A stretch of DNA of 64,000 nt. Source: Candidatus Poribacteria bacterium (GTDB taxonomy: Bacteria > Poribacteria > WGA-4E > WGA-3G). Position 1 is the stretch's first letter; each line of letters opens with the position of its first letter. Where the stretch lies: the NCBI GenBank assembly GCA_965242965.1, contig OZ251518.1, positions 800,001 through 864,000 on the forward strand, in the 5' to 3' direction. Positions 1-9,656 of the stretch are shown here, one piece after another. The translations under genes and the position numbers were made by a program. The notes under the pieces were generated by a model that saw only the letters and a list, made by a program, of their open reading frames with translations, was not told the DNA's origin and made no database searches.

Positions 1-1301
1 ACATCGATAGATTCGCGCAAGGCGGAACGCTTTTTGAGCGAACCTACAGCCCCCACATCCCGACGACAAGTGCTTATGCCTCGATGCTGACAGGCATGGA
101 TACTTTTGGCACGCAGGTTGTCGCATTACGGCACCAAGGGCCCCTCCGCGCAGATGTGAAAACGTTGGCGGAGATGCTGAAGGAAGCGGGTTACAATACC
201 AGTTGCATCGGTTTCGGCGGACCGAGTTCGCGCGGGTTTGATACGTATCTCAACTACGCAGGTTGGGGTGGTGACGACACAGGCCGCAGTCCGAAAGCGC
301 AGAACCTCAACAACGTCGCTGTGCCGGAACTGAATCGGCTGGTTGCTGAGAACGATGAGAAACCGTTTTTCTTGTTTCTGCGGCACATGGATCCGCACTC
401 TCCCTATTTGCCGCCCGCGCCTTATGAACGGATGTTCTACCACGGCGACGAGCTCGACCCGAGCAATAAATCGATGGAACCGGTGATGTCCTTCAAGCCA
501 TTTTGCGATTACTTCGCTTCGTGGATGCCGGTGGGCATTACGGATAAGGACTACGTCATCGCGCAGTATGACGGCGCGATTGCCTATATGGATGCCTGCA
601 TTCAGACGCTTTTCAACGCACTGGAAGCGCACGGTATCATGGACGAGACTATCGTTGTTATCAACGGGGACCACGGTGAAACCCTGTATGACCACGAATG
701 TTGGTTTGACCATCACGGGCTCTACGATGTCACGTTACACGTCCCACTGATCATCCGCTATCCGGGGCGCGTGCCTGCCGGCCAGAGGGTCGCGGGCTAT
801 AACCAACACAAGGACTTGGTGCCGACGCTCCTTGAATTGGCAGACGTTGAAACCGACATCGCGTTTGATGGCGATAACCTCATGGCGATGGTAAATGGAG
901 AAGTCGCTTCGTTTGACAGCGAGTTTTACATCACGGAATGCACATGGATGCGGAAGCACGGCTGGCGCACGCCCGAATGGAAACTCATCGTCGCGCTGGA
1001 GCCGGATTTCCATTTCAAACCGCCGGTGGAACTCTATAATTTAATCCAAGATCCGGATGAGAACAATAACGTCGTTGAGGCGCATCCGGATATCGTCAAC
1101 CTGCTAGAGACGCGGATGAAAAATTGGATCCTCCGGCGCGAACGGGAGACCGGTTTAACCAACCCGATTATGACGCAGGGCGATTGGCATGGACATAAAG
1201 GTGTCGGCCCGTTTAAGTCTTCGGAGCAGGCTTACAATACGATGCACATCGGGAATCCGGGCGAGGCGGCAAAATTGCAAGCCAAATCCCGCGACGAGTG
1301 A
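1..1301 (+). CDS. Sulfatase-like / alkaline phosphatase superfamily hydrolase, 5'-truncated by the window edge
   Basis: The frame is open from position 3 (IDRFAQGGTLFERTYSPHIPTTSAYASMLTG). Motifs include HMDPHSPY, YDGAIAYMD, NGDHGE, HVPLIIRYP and ELYNLIQDPDE. The nucleophile position is Thr rather than Cys/Ser. Confidence 0.85.
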   Translation, partial: IDRFAQGGTLFERTYSPHIPTTSAYASMLTGMDTFGTQVVALRHQGPLRADVKTLAEMLKEAGYNTSCIGFGGPSSRGFDTYLNYAGWGGDDTGRSPKAQNLNNVAVPELNRLVAENDEKPFFLFLRHMDPHSPYLPPAPYERMFYHGDELDPSNKSMEPVMSFKPFCDYFASWMPVGITDKDYVIAQYDGAIAYMDACIQTLFNALEAHGIMDETIVVINGDHGETLYDHECWFDHHGLYDVTLHVPLIIRYPGRVPAGQRVAGYNQHKDLVPTLLELADVETDIAFDGDNLMAMVNGEVASFDSEFYITECTWMRKHGWRTPEWKLIVALEPDFHFKPPVELYNLIQDPDENNNVVEAHPDIVNLLETRMKNWILRRERETGLTNPIMTQGDWHGHKGVGPFKSSEQAYNTMHIGNPGEAAKLQAKSRDE

Positions 1302-1368
1302 TGAGAGAACGGACGCGGTAGGCACTGTTTGCAAGCGCGCCTACCGGTGGAGAATATGGAGATACACT

Positions 1369-2190
1369 ATGCCAGATTATACCAGAACCCGGGTTTTATC
1401 CCGTCTTCGGCGGGAGTTAGGCAAGGGGAAATCGCTCCTCGCTGTCGGTGCGGGGACAGGGATTACCGCCAAATTCGCTGAACAAGGCGGCGCAGACCTC
1501 ATCGTGATTTACAATTCCGGCCGGTATCGGATGTCCGGCTTCGGTTCATGCGCCGGGCTGTTGGCATACGGCGATGCCAACGCCATCGTCATGGAGATGG
1601 GCGAACGCGAGGTGCTGCCTGTCGTCAAAGAGACCCCGGTTATCGCCGGTGTCAACGGGACAGACCCGACGCGTCGGATGAGCAACTTCCTCAAGCAGGT
1701 GCGCGATGTCGGTTTTGATGGAGTCAACAACTTTCCGACTGTCGGTGTGATTGACGGCACGTTCCGGCAGACGCTTGAAGAAACCGGCATGGGCTTCTAC
1801 AAAGAGGTTGAGATGATTGGCACGGCGCACGAGATGGATATGTTCACCATTGTCTACGTCTTCAACCCGACAGAGGCAGAGAACATGGCGGCGGCTGGCG
1901 CGGATGTCGTCATCGCGCACATGGGCACGACGGTGGGCGGCACCATCGGTGCGGAGACGGCGTTCACGCTGGAGGATGCGGCGGTGCGCGTGCAAGAAAT
2001 CTGTGACGCGGCGAAGGCACAGAATCCTGATGTCTTATGTATGTCGCACGGCGGTCCTATTTCAACGGCACCGGAAGCGGCGTTTATCAATGAGAAGACA
2101 GATACGGTAGGTTTCGTCGGTGCTTCCAGCATCGAGCGGTTCGCGTGCGAGGAGAGTATCCCGCGGGTGACTGCTTCGTTTAAGGCGTAG
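1369..2190 (+). CDS. Phosphoenolpyruvate hydrolase-like (Tm-1-like) TIM-barrel protein
   Basis: GAGTGITAK..GGADLIVIYNSGRYRM, NFPTVG.IDG.FR..LEETGMG, HGGPI and GFVGASSIER motifs; GGAG RBS before ATG 1369. Confidence 0.85.
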   Translation: MPDYTRTRVLSRLRRELGKGKSLLAVGAGTGITAKFAEQGGADLIVIYNSGRYRMSGFGSCAGLLAYGDANAIVMEMGEREVLPVVKETPVIAGVNGTDPTRRMSNFLKQVRDVGFDGVNNFPTVGVIDGTFRQTLEETGMGFYKEVEMIGTAHEMDMFTIVYVFNPTEAENMAAAGADVVIAHMGTTVGGTIGAETAFTLEDAAVRVQEICDAAKAQNPDVLCMSHGGPISTAPEAAFINEKTDTVGFVGASSIERFACEESIPRVTASFKA

Positions 2191-2314
2191 GATGTCGGAC
2201 ATCCCTACGTCAGCGGGAGCTCCTTTTACCGTAGGGCGAGGGCCTGTCCCTCACCAGAGCGTGCCGTCTATGACGTAGGGCGAGGGCCTGTCCCTCGCCA
2301 GAGCGTTCTGATTT

Positions 2315-2343
2315 TTGCATTTCCGCCGAGGATATGTTATACT
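2315..2343 (+). promoter_or_regulatory. Putative sigma70-type promoter TTGCAT-17-TATACT
   Basis: Hexamers with 17-nt spacing; a similar copy lies at 5602-5630. Confidence 0.5.
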
Positions 2344-2348
2344 AAAAA

Positions 2349-2639
2349 TGAGGATGTTTCATAACTCGCTCAACGTCGCGGTGGCAGGTTGCGACGCGAG
2401 GGACAGGCCCTCGCGCTACGGTGAAAAAAACGCCGCCCCCTCACGTAGGGCGGGGGCCTGTCCCCCGCCATCGCTCGCGCGCCAGGTTCTGTAGGTCAGG
2501 ATCGCCTGATCCTGACCCGTTCGGGAGCGGGCGCTCCCGAACTACAGAGGTGGGCCCGATGCGCCGCCCCGAGGGGGATAAATTACAGAGGTGGGCCCGA
2601 TGCGCCCCCAAGGGGGATAAATTTATGAAACACCCTTCA
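2349..2639. mobile_element. MITE-like element with TGAGG(G/A)TGTTTCATA terminal inverted repeats carrying GTAG-REP palindromes
   Basis: Left end tgaggatgtttcata (2349-2363), right end tatgaaacacccttca (2624-2639); internal REP hairpins; homologous copy at 5635-5875. Confidence 0.65.
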
Positions 2640-2673
2640 TTTAAAATAACAACCTTGAAAGATTCGGAAAAAG

Positions 2674-3000
2674 ATGATTATTGAGATACTTTTGGCGGTA
2701 ATTTTTCAAATTTACGCCTGCGTTACTCTTTTCGGCATGCTCGGGTTCTTTTGGCTGCTATTTCACGTATTGAGAGGTAATGGCGAGGCATATCTTGCGC
2801 GCAGTCCGAAAACGCGCTTCGTCGTTCGCAACTGGAAGCCTTGTCTCTTCGGCTACATGGCCGTTGGCGTAGCCATCGGTCCCGTGCAACGGTGGCACGT
2901 TTACGTCCTTATTGGCACGCTCGTCTTTTGGGCAATGCTTATCGTTCATCGGTGGGTAATAGACACTCACTCCGACGATGACGATGAACTATCCGGTTAA
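2674..3000 (+). CDS. Small hypothetical membrane protein (about 3 TM, acidic C-tail)
   Basis: 108-aa ORF with hydrophobic segments, upstream of and co-oriented with the MTase; resembles 5169..5486. Confidence 0.6.
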   Translation: MIIEILLAVIFQIYACVTLFGMLGFFWLLFHVLRGNGEAYLARSPKTRFVVRNWKPCLFGYMAVGVAIGPVQRWHVYVLIGTLVFWAMLIVHRWVIDTHSDDDDELSG

Positions 3001-3024
3001 CGAAGTTAACCAAGGATAACTGGA

Positions 3025-4680
3025 ATGCTCATAATTCCTGAACTGAATAGCCTCCACTACGGAGACAATCTGAGCGTCATGCGCCAATGGAAAAGCGGCT
3101 TTGTCCAAGCGGTATACGCCGATCCGCCGTTCAACTCCAAGCGGCAATACAATCAACTTTACGAAATTGATGTGGCAAACAAAAGCACCCGTTCCGCATC
3201 ACTCAAAGCGTTTGACGATACCTGGTCCTGGGGGCCTGATGCGCAAGAGCGCGTTGAGAGACTGACTGCCGATAAAGATTCGCCTTACTATCAGGTGTTC
3301 AATGGACTTTGGACGCTTCTCGGCGGCTGCAATATGATGGCGTATCTCAGCTACATGGGTGAACGGCTGATTGAGGTGAAACGCCTCCTCACACCGACCG
3401 GCAGTGTTTATTTGCACTGCGATCAGTCTGCTAGCCATGGGCTGAGGTTCCTCATGGACGGTATCTTTGGCGCGAAAAACTTCCGCGCCGAGATTATCTG
3501 GAAGCGGCACGGCGCGCATAACGATAAACTCTACGGGACTATTCACGACACGATTCTCTATTACAGTTATGGAGATAGGACTATCCGTGACGAGGTTCTT
3601 CTCCCTTTAAGTCCTGAAAGAATCAAAACCGGATACCGTTATTCAGACGAACATGGGAAATATGCCCGCGACGGGTTAACTGCGCCTGGTGCCACCGAAG
3701 GTGAATCGGGACAGCCGTGGCGCGGCATTAGCCCTGGGTATCGCCACTGGTCTCCACCACGAACGGGGAAATATGCTGTCTACATTGAGGAGGTGTTCAT
3801 CCCGAATTACCGTAGCATTAAGGGTGTCCATGCGCGGTTAGATGCATTAGATGAGGCAGGGCTCATTTACTGGCCGCCGAACGGCGGAAAACCACAACTC
3901 AAGCGGTATCTTCTCCCGAATGCAGGGCAACCGCCGCAAAGCATCTGGGACGATATTTCGCAGGTGAAAGGGAAGGAGTCACTCGGCTATAACACGCAGA
4001 AACCGCTGGCACTCTTGGATCGGATTATCAAGGCATCGACTGAACCGGGTGACGTGGTGCTGGATCCCTTCTGTGGATGTGGCACGACTGTCGCGGCAGC
4101 GGATGCGCTTGGCAGAAAGTGGCTCGGCATTGACATTAATCCGAGTGCGTTGGATGTCATCATGACGAACCGCTTCCCCGGTCAGGATATTCCGACTTAC
4201 GGTATCCCCGAAGATTTGGCGAGTGCGAAGCGGCTTGCGCGTTCAAACCGTCGGCACTTCGAGATTTGGGCGATTCAGCGCATCCCGGGCATCGCGCCGA
4301 ACGAAAAAGGCGGCGCGGATAGGGGAATTGACGGGAGAGGCAGAACGGTAGAAACGCCAGATGAAGACTACTCCAACGTGGTCCTCGCGCAGGTGAAAAG
4401 TGGGAAGTTCTCGCTCAGTCAGTTACGTGACTTCCTTTATGTGATGCAGCGCGAAAACGCCTCGATGGGTGTCTATTTGACGCTGGAAGATGTCACCTCT
4501 AAAGAGGCACAAAACGAGGTGATGGAATTTGGCAGGGTGACTATCGGGACAGATGTCTATCCGCGGGTGCAACTCTATTCGATCTCGGCGTTTTTCCACG
4601 GCAAGCATCTGGCGATGCCGGCGATGATTAATCCGTATACCGGCAAACCGCTCACGCGCGTGTTGTCGTTCGATTTTTAA
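3025..4680 (+). CDS. Amino (N6A/N4C) DNA methyltransferase with C-terminal Mrr-like restriction endonuclease domain
   Basis: Catalytic DPPF before SAM-binding DPFCGCGTT (beta-class order); YNTQKPLALLDRII; C-terminal ADRGIDG..AQVKSG (Mrr-type D..QxK). Confidence 0.88.
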   Translation: MLIIPELNSLHYGDNLSVMRQWKSGFVQAVYADPPFNSKRQYNQLYEIDVANKSTRSASLKAFDDTWSWGPDAQERVERLTADKDSPYYQVFNGLWTLLGGCNMMAYLSYMGERLIEVKRLLTPTGSVYLHCDQSASHGLRFLMDGIFGAKNFRAEIIWKRHGAHNDKLYGTIHDTILYYSYGDRTIRDEVLLPLSPERIKTGYRYSDEHGKYARDGLTAPGATEGESGQPWRGISPGYRHWSPPRTGKYAVYIEEVFIPNYRSIKGVHARLDALDEAGLIYWPPNGGKPQLKRYLLPNAGQPPQSIWDDISQVKGKESLGYNTQKPLALLDRIIKASTEPGDVVLDPFCGCGTTVAAADALGRKWLGIDINPSALDVIMTNRFPGQDIPTYGIPEDLASAKRLARSNRRHFEIWAIQRIPGIAPNEKGGADRGIDGRGRTVETPDEDYSNVVLAQVKSGKFSLSQLRDFLYVMQRENASMGVYLTLEDVTSKEAQNEVMEFGRVTIGTDVYPRVQLYSISAFFHGKHLAMPAMINPYTGKPLTRVLSFDF

Positions 4681-4744
4681 ATTCTCTAGTTACGCCGACA
4701 GAAAACGTGCATGCGTCGCCACGCGCCAGCACACTCTAAACACT

Positions 4745-5146
4745 ATGGAAACGAAACTCTATTTCGCATACGGCATGAATCTCAACCATGCTCACATGGC
4801 AACCGCTTGTCCAACGGCGGTACCTATCGGTGCCCGAAAGATTCAGGGATATCGCCTCGTTTTTCGGCGGTATGCCGACATCGTTGAATCTGAGGAGGAC
4901 TGCGTCTTGGGCGGCTGTTGGGAGATAGATGCCGCCGCCGAATACGTGTTAGATGGCATTGAAGGTTATCCGTTTCTTTACCGCAAATTGGTAATCGACG
5001 GGATGATGGTTTATCAAATGAATGAGTCAGGCCACCCTGAGATGGAACCCGCGCCGCACTATTTAGCGATGATCCGGGAGGGGTTAGCCGACTTCGATTT
5101 ACCGACGGAGACGTTGGAGCAAAACTTAGGCAAAGGGCGCGCTTAA
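4745..5146 (+). CDS. Gamma-glutamylcyclotransferase (AIG2-like) family protein
   Basis: LYFAYGMNLN, GYRLVF, LDGIEGYP.LY and P..HYL..IREG motifs. Confidence 0.85.
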   Translation: METKLYFAYGMNLNHAHMATACPTAVPIGARKIQGYRLVFRRYADIVESEEDCVLGGCWEIDAAAEYVLDGIEGYPFLYRKLVIDGMMVYQMNESGHPEMEPAPHYLAMIREGLADFDLPTETLEQNLGKGRA

Positions 5147-5168
5147 GAAGCGCGTCTAAAGGAGCGCA

Positions 5169-5486
5169 ATGTTTTTCACTATCCTTTCCTACATTTGCAT
5201 GGGCTATGCCACGCTCGTTATCCTATGCCTTCTTTATCTCGGAGTCAACTTCTACTTCGGGAGTGAGGAAAAAATCCGCCGGAGTTGGCTGTTCCGGTTC
5301 TTCGCGCGCTATTTCAAATTGATCCTCGGTATCAATCTGGTTCTTGCCGCCGTGACAGGGAGGTTTGGGTGGTTCGAGGTATTTCTCCTCTTATTTGCCG
5401 TCGTTTTTTACGGGTTGTGCATCTTGGGAGATGGGTATCTGGAACGGCTGGAAAAGAAGAACGACCCGGGTAATGATGATTATTGA
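5169..5486 (+). CDS. Small hypothetical membrane protein (about 3 TM)
   Basis: AAGGAG RBS; 105 aa, hydrophobic; apparent distant paralog of 2674..3000. Confidence 0.65.
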   Translation: MFFTILSYICMGYATLVILCLLYLGVNFYFGSEEKIRRSWLFRFFARYFKLILGINLVLAAVTGRFGWFEVFLLLFAVVFYGLCILGDGYLERLEKKNDPGNDDY

Positions 5487-5634
5487 CAAGCATCGAGACC
5501 GGTAGGCGGGACATCCTTGTCCCGATAGGTGCATCAACAAAACGCATCGAGACCAGGAGGGCTCTCTTACGGGGAGGGCTCTGTAAACGGTGGCTTTTTG
5601 GTTGCATCTTCTCGGCGGAGATGTTATACTTATA

Positions 5635-5875
5635 TGAGGGTATTTCATAAATGGCTCAACGTCGCGGAGGACAGGCCCCCGCGCTACGGTAAAAAAACGC
5701 CGCCCCTCACCGTAGGGCGAGGGCCTGTCCCTCGCCATGCGTTTTGGTGTCAGACCGCATCACTCCTGTAGGTCAGGATCGCCTGATCCTGACCCGTTCG
5801 GGAGCGGGCGCTCCCGAACTACAGAGGTGAGCCCGATGCGCCCCCCAAGGGGGATAAATTTATGAAACACCCTCA
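5635..5875. mobile_element. MITE-like element with REP cargo, in the purL leader
   Basis: tgagggtatttcata (5635-5649) and tatgaaacaccctca (5861-5875); internal sequence similar to 2349-2639. Confidence 0.65.
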
Positions 5876-5910
5876 ACGTTAATTCCTCTCGTTAAAAAGC
5901 GGAGAAGCCG

Positions 5911-8316
5911 ATGTCCAGTAACGTGCAAGAAATTGAAATTCTCACTGCAGACGATGCCGAACTGATGCGCATCAGCCGCGAAGGCACGCTGTCACTAAAC
6001 CTTACCGAAATGCAGGCGATTCAGTCTCACTTTCGCGCATTGGAACGCAAACCCACCGATGTCGAGATAGAGACGCTCGCGCAAACCTGGTCAGAACATT
6101 GCGTTCACAAAACCTTCAAAAGCATCATTCATTATACCGAACCCGGTAAAGCACCGGAACGAATCGATGGCTTGTTCCCGACGTTCATCCAACGCGCGAC
6201 GGAAGAAATAGACAAGCCGTGGTGTGTCTCTGTCTTTTCGGACAACGCCGGCATCATCGAATTTGATGACACCTATAACCTCGTCTTTAAGGTAGAAACG
6301 CATAACCACCCTTCTGCAATTGAGCCGTATGGCGGCGCGGGCACCGGTATCGGGGGTGTGATTCGCGATTCACTCGGCACTGGCCTGGGCGCGAAGCCGA
6401 TTTTGAACACCGATGTCTTCTGCTTCGGATTGCCGGATACGCCGGACGATGAATTGCCGAAAGGCACGCTCCATCCGAAACGTGTCTTTAAAGGAGTCGT
6501 CGCTGGCGTGCGCGATTACGGCAACCGGATGGGGATTCCCACGGCGAACGGCGCGATTTTATTTGACGAAGGCTACACGGCGAACCCCCTTGTCTTCTGC
6601 GGCAACGTCGGATTAATTCCCAAAAATAGATGCGAGAAATCGGTTGAACCGGGGGATCTCGTCGTCGCTATCGGTGGGCAAACCGGGCGCGACGGCATCC
6701 ACGGCGCGACGTTCTCCTCCGCCGAATTGGACGATACTTCTGAAAGCCTCGGCAGCGTCGTCCAAATCGGCAATCCTATCATGGAGAAGAAAATCGTTGA
6801 CGCGTTGTTACAGGCGCGCGACCGGAATCTCTATCGTTCCATCACCGATTGCGGCGCGGGAGGTTTTTCTTCTGCTGTCGGTGAGATGGGGCAAGATACC
6901 GGGGCGGAGGTGCATTTAGAACGAGTCTCCCTCAAATACGCAGGGCTCGCGCCGTGGGAGATCTGGTTATCCGAAGCGCAGGAACGAATGGTAGTCGCTG
7001 TGCCGCCGGAAAACCTTGAAGAATTGATGCAAATTTGCGAGGCAGAAGTCGTTGAGGCGACAGTCCTCGGCACGTTCACCGATACGCACAAACTCCAAGT
7101 TTTCTATGAAGGCGCGCTCGTCGCGGATTTGGACATGGAATTCCTGCACAACGGTATTCCGCAGCCTATCAAAGAAGCGGTGTGGGAACCCAAGTCCCCC
7201 GCATCCTCTGTCGATCCGATTTGTAACAGCGCGATGGCGAGTTCGACAGAAACCCTCTGTCGCCTCCTCGCGAGTCCAAACATCGCCAGCAAGGAGAGCG
7301 TTATCCGACAGTATGACCACGAGGTGCAGGGCAGCATCGTGCTGAAACCGCTTGTCGGCGTGGAAAACGATGGCCCGAGCGACGCGTGTATCGCCACTCC
7401 TGTCCTAGGCAGTCGGCAAGGCGTTATCGTTGCCAACGGTATCAACCCGAAATATAGCGCGATCGATCCCTATCATAGTGCCGCCGCTGCTATTGACGAG
7501 GCACTGCGTAATGTCATCGCTGTCGGGGGAACGCTTGAGAAAACGGCGTTACTAGACAATTTCTGTTGGGGTAATCCTGATAAACCAGACCGGCTCGGCG
7601 AATTAGTCCGCGCGGCGAGAGCGTGTTACGACATCGCCACCGCCTACGGCACGCCTTTCATCTCCGGCAAGGACAGTCTCTACAACGAATACCGCGACAC
7701 GACAACGGGGGAGCAACGCGCTATTCCTGCAACCTTGCTCATCTCCGCTATTTGTGTTATTGAGGATGTCAACCGTGCCATCACGATGGATGTGAAATCT
7801 CCCGGCAACGCCATCTACATCGTCGGTAACACCTATCCGGAACTCGGCGGTTCACATTACAGCGCGTTATTGGGGACGGCGGTTCTGCAGGACGCGCCCA
7901 TCGTCAGGCCAGACGAAGGTAAGTTAACGATGGAGACGCTCAGCACCGTCATTGATGATGGCTTGGTGCGTTCCTGCCACGACTGTTCCGAAGGCGGCAT
8001 CGGCGTTGCGGCGGCTGAGATGGCGTTCGCCGGCGGATACGGCATGCACCTCAACCTTACCCACATCCCCGTAAGAGAGCTCCCGGGTCTCGACAACGAT
8101 GTCCGCCTATTTTCAGAATCACAGAGCCGCTTTCTCGTGGAAATTGAACCGCAACACCGGGAAGTTTTTGAAACTCGCATGGCAAGCGTGCCGATAGGAT
8201 GCCTCGGTTCCGTTACAGAAGGCGAGGCATTTATTGTCAATGGTGTAAAAGGGGAGCGTATTATTGAAACCGCGCTCAGCGTCCTCAAATCCGCGTGGCA
8301 GGGGACACTGCGCTAG
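5911..8316 (+). CDS. purL: Phosphoribosylformylglycinamidine synthase subunit PurL
   Basis: WSEHCVHK, ETHNHPSAIEPYGGAGTG, DGIHGATFSS, DCGAGG, SEAQERM and HDCSEGG motifs. Confidence 0.97.
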   Translation: MSSNVQEIEILTADDAELMRISREGTLSLNLTEMQAIQSHFRALERKPTDVEIETLAQTWSEHCVHKTFKSIIHYTEPGKAPERIDGLFPTFIQRATEEIDKPWCVSVFSDNAGIIEFDDTYNLVFKVETHNHPSAIEPYGGAGTGIGGVIRDSLGTGLGAKPILNTDVFCFGLPDTPDDELPKGTLHPKRVFKGVVAGVRDYGNRMGIPTANGAILFDEGYTANPLVFCGNVGLIPKNRCEKSVEPGDLVVAIGGQTGRDGIHGATFSSAELDDTSESLGSVVQIGNPIMEKKIVDALLQARDRNLYRSITDCGAGGFSSAVGEMGQDTGAEVHLERVSLKYAGLAPWEIWLSEAQERMVVAVPPENLEELMQICEAEVVEATVLGTFTDTHKLQVFYEGALVADLDMEFLHNGIPQPIKEAVWEPKSPASSVDPICNSAMASSTETLCRLLASPNIASKESVIRQYDHEVQGSIVLKPLVGVENDGPSDACIATPVLGSRQGVIVANGINPKYSAIDPYHSAAAAIDEALRNVIAVGGTLEKTALLDNFCWGNPDKPDRLGELVRAARACYDIATAYGTPFISGKDSLYNEYRDTTTGEQRAIPATLLISAICVIEDVNRAITMDVKSPGNAIYIVGNTYPELGGSHYSALLGTAVLQDAPIVRPDEGKLTMETLSTVIDDGLVRSCHDCSEGGIGVAAAEMAFAGGYGMHLNLTHIPVRELPGLDNDVRLFSESQSRFLVEIEPQHREVFETRMASVPIGCLGSVTEGEAFIVNGVKGERIIETALSVLKSAWQGTLR

Positions 8317-8334
8317 GTAGACAAGGAAACGAAA

Positions 8335-9171
8335 ATGAAAAAACCGAAAGTGCTTATCTTACGCACGGCGGGGACGAACTGCGATGCCGAAACCGATGCC
8401 GCTTTCCGACTTGCCGGTGCAGAAACTGCCTTAGTCCACATCCAACACCTTATTGATTCTGTAGGCGGAACCTCCCCGTCGCGAGTTCTTTTGTCGGATT
8501 ATCAAATCTTGGCGATTCCCGGCGGTTTCTCCTATGGAGACGATATTTCCGCCGGTATTCTCCTCGCGACAGAGATGAAGCACAAACTCACGGATACCCT
8601 CACGCAATTCATCGCCGATGGCAAACTCATCATCGGGATATGCAACGGGTTTCAGGTGCTGGTAAAAGCGGGACTGCTCCCGAAAGCCGCCCCGGTAGGC
8701 GCGGTTTCCAAACTTAAGGGTAAGGACGAATGTGCATATCCTCCCGAAATGTCACAACAAGCCACCTTGGCAATGAATACCTCCGCCAGATTCGAGTGCC
8801 GCTGGGTAACACTGGAGACGCAGCAGAGCCCGTGCGTCTTTACGAGAGGTATCAAACAGCGTATCTATCTCCCGGTTGCGCACGCCGAGGGCAGATTCAC
8901 TGCGCCGCCGGGGGTGATGGCGCAAATGGAAGCGAATCGGCAGGTTGTCTTCCGCTATGCGTCTGCCGAGTATCCGTGCAACCCCAACGGTTCCGATGCG
9001 AATATTGCCGGCATTTGCGATGCGACGGGGCGCATTTTCGGCATGATGCCGCATCCCGAACGGTTCCTCACCAAATGGAACCATCCTCGCTGGACGCGCG
9101 AAAATCTCCCGGAAGAAGGCGATGGCGTGGCGATTTTCAAAAACGCTGTCAATTACGCACGAACTTCGTAG
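8335..9171 (+). CDS. purQ: FGAM synthase glutaminase subunit PurQ
   Basis: GTNCD, PGGFSYGD, GICNGFQ, AHAEG, NPNGS and MMPHPER motifs; carries two short REP-like in-frame inserts. Confidence 0.96.
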   Translation: MKKPKVLILRTAGTNCDAETDAAFRLAGAETALVHIQHLIDSVGGTSPSRVLLSDYQILAIPGGFSYGDDISAGILLATEMKHKLTDTLTQFIADGKLIIGICNGFQVLVKAGLLPKAAPVGAVSKLKGKDECAYPPEMSQQATLAMNTSARFECRWVTLETQQSPCVFTRGIKQRIYLPVAHAEGRFTAPPGVMAQMEANRQVVFRYASAEYPCNPNGSDANIAGICDATGRIFGMMPHPERFLTKWNHPRWTRENLPEEGDGVAIFKNAVNYARTS

Positions 9172-9176
9172 TCAAT

Positions 9177-9640
9177 TGAGAGGGTTTCATAACTCAAGAA
9201 ACCGTCCGGTTACCGTAGCGCGGGGGCCCTCGGATGCCACACGCGCATCCGAGCGGGTTTCCCCCGCGAGCGTCCCGTAGGAGAGCTCTCCCGGTCTCGA
9301 TGCAATAGACTCGTTCGGGTGCAGGCGCACCCGAACTACGGTCTTTTCCAAGGTCTGGGCACGGCGAGGGACAGGCCCTCGCCCTACGGTAAAGCGTGGC
9401 GTTTTTTTACCGTAGCGCGGGGGCCCTCGGATGCCACACGCGCATCCGAGCGGGTTTCCCCCGCGAGCGTCCCGTAGGGGAGCTCTCCCGGTCTTGATGC
9501 AATAGACTCGTTCGGGTGCAGGCGCACCCGAACTACGGTCTTTTCCAAAGTCCAGGCACGGCGAGGGACAGGCCCTCGCCCTACGGTAAAGCGTGGCGTT
9601 TTTTTACCGTAGCGCGGGGGCCTGTCCCCCGCGAGCGTCC
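9177..9640. repeat. REP cluster with a 197-bp tandem duplication
   Basis: Units start at 9211, 9408 and 9605 (taccgtagcgcgggggcc...); degenerate TIR tgagagggtttcata at 9177. Confidence 0.85.
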
Positions 9641-9656
9641 CGAGAATATAAAAAAC

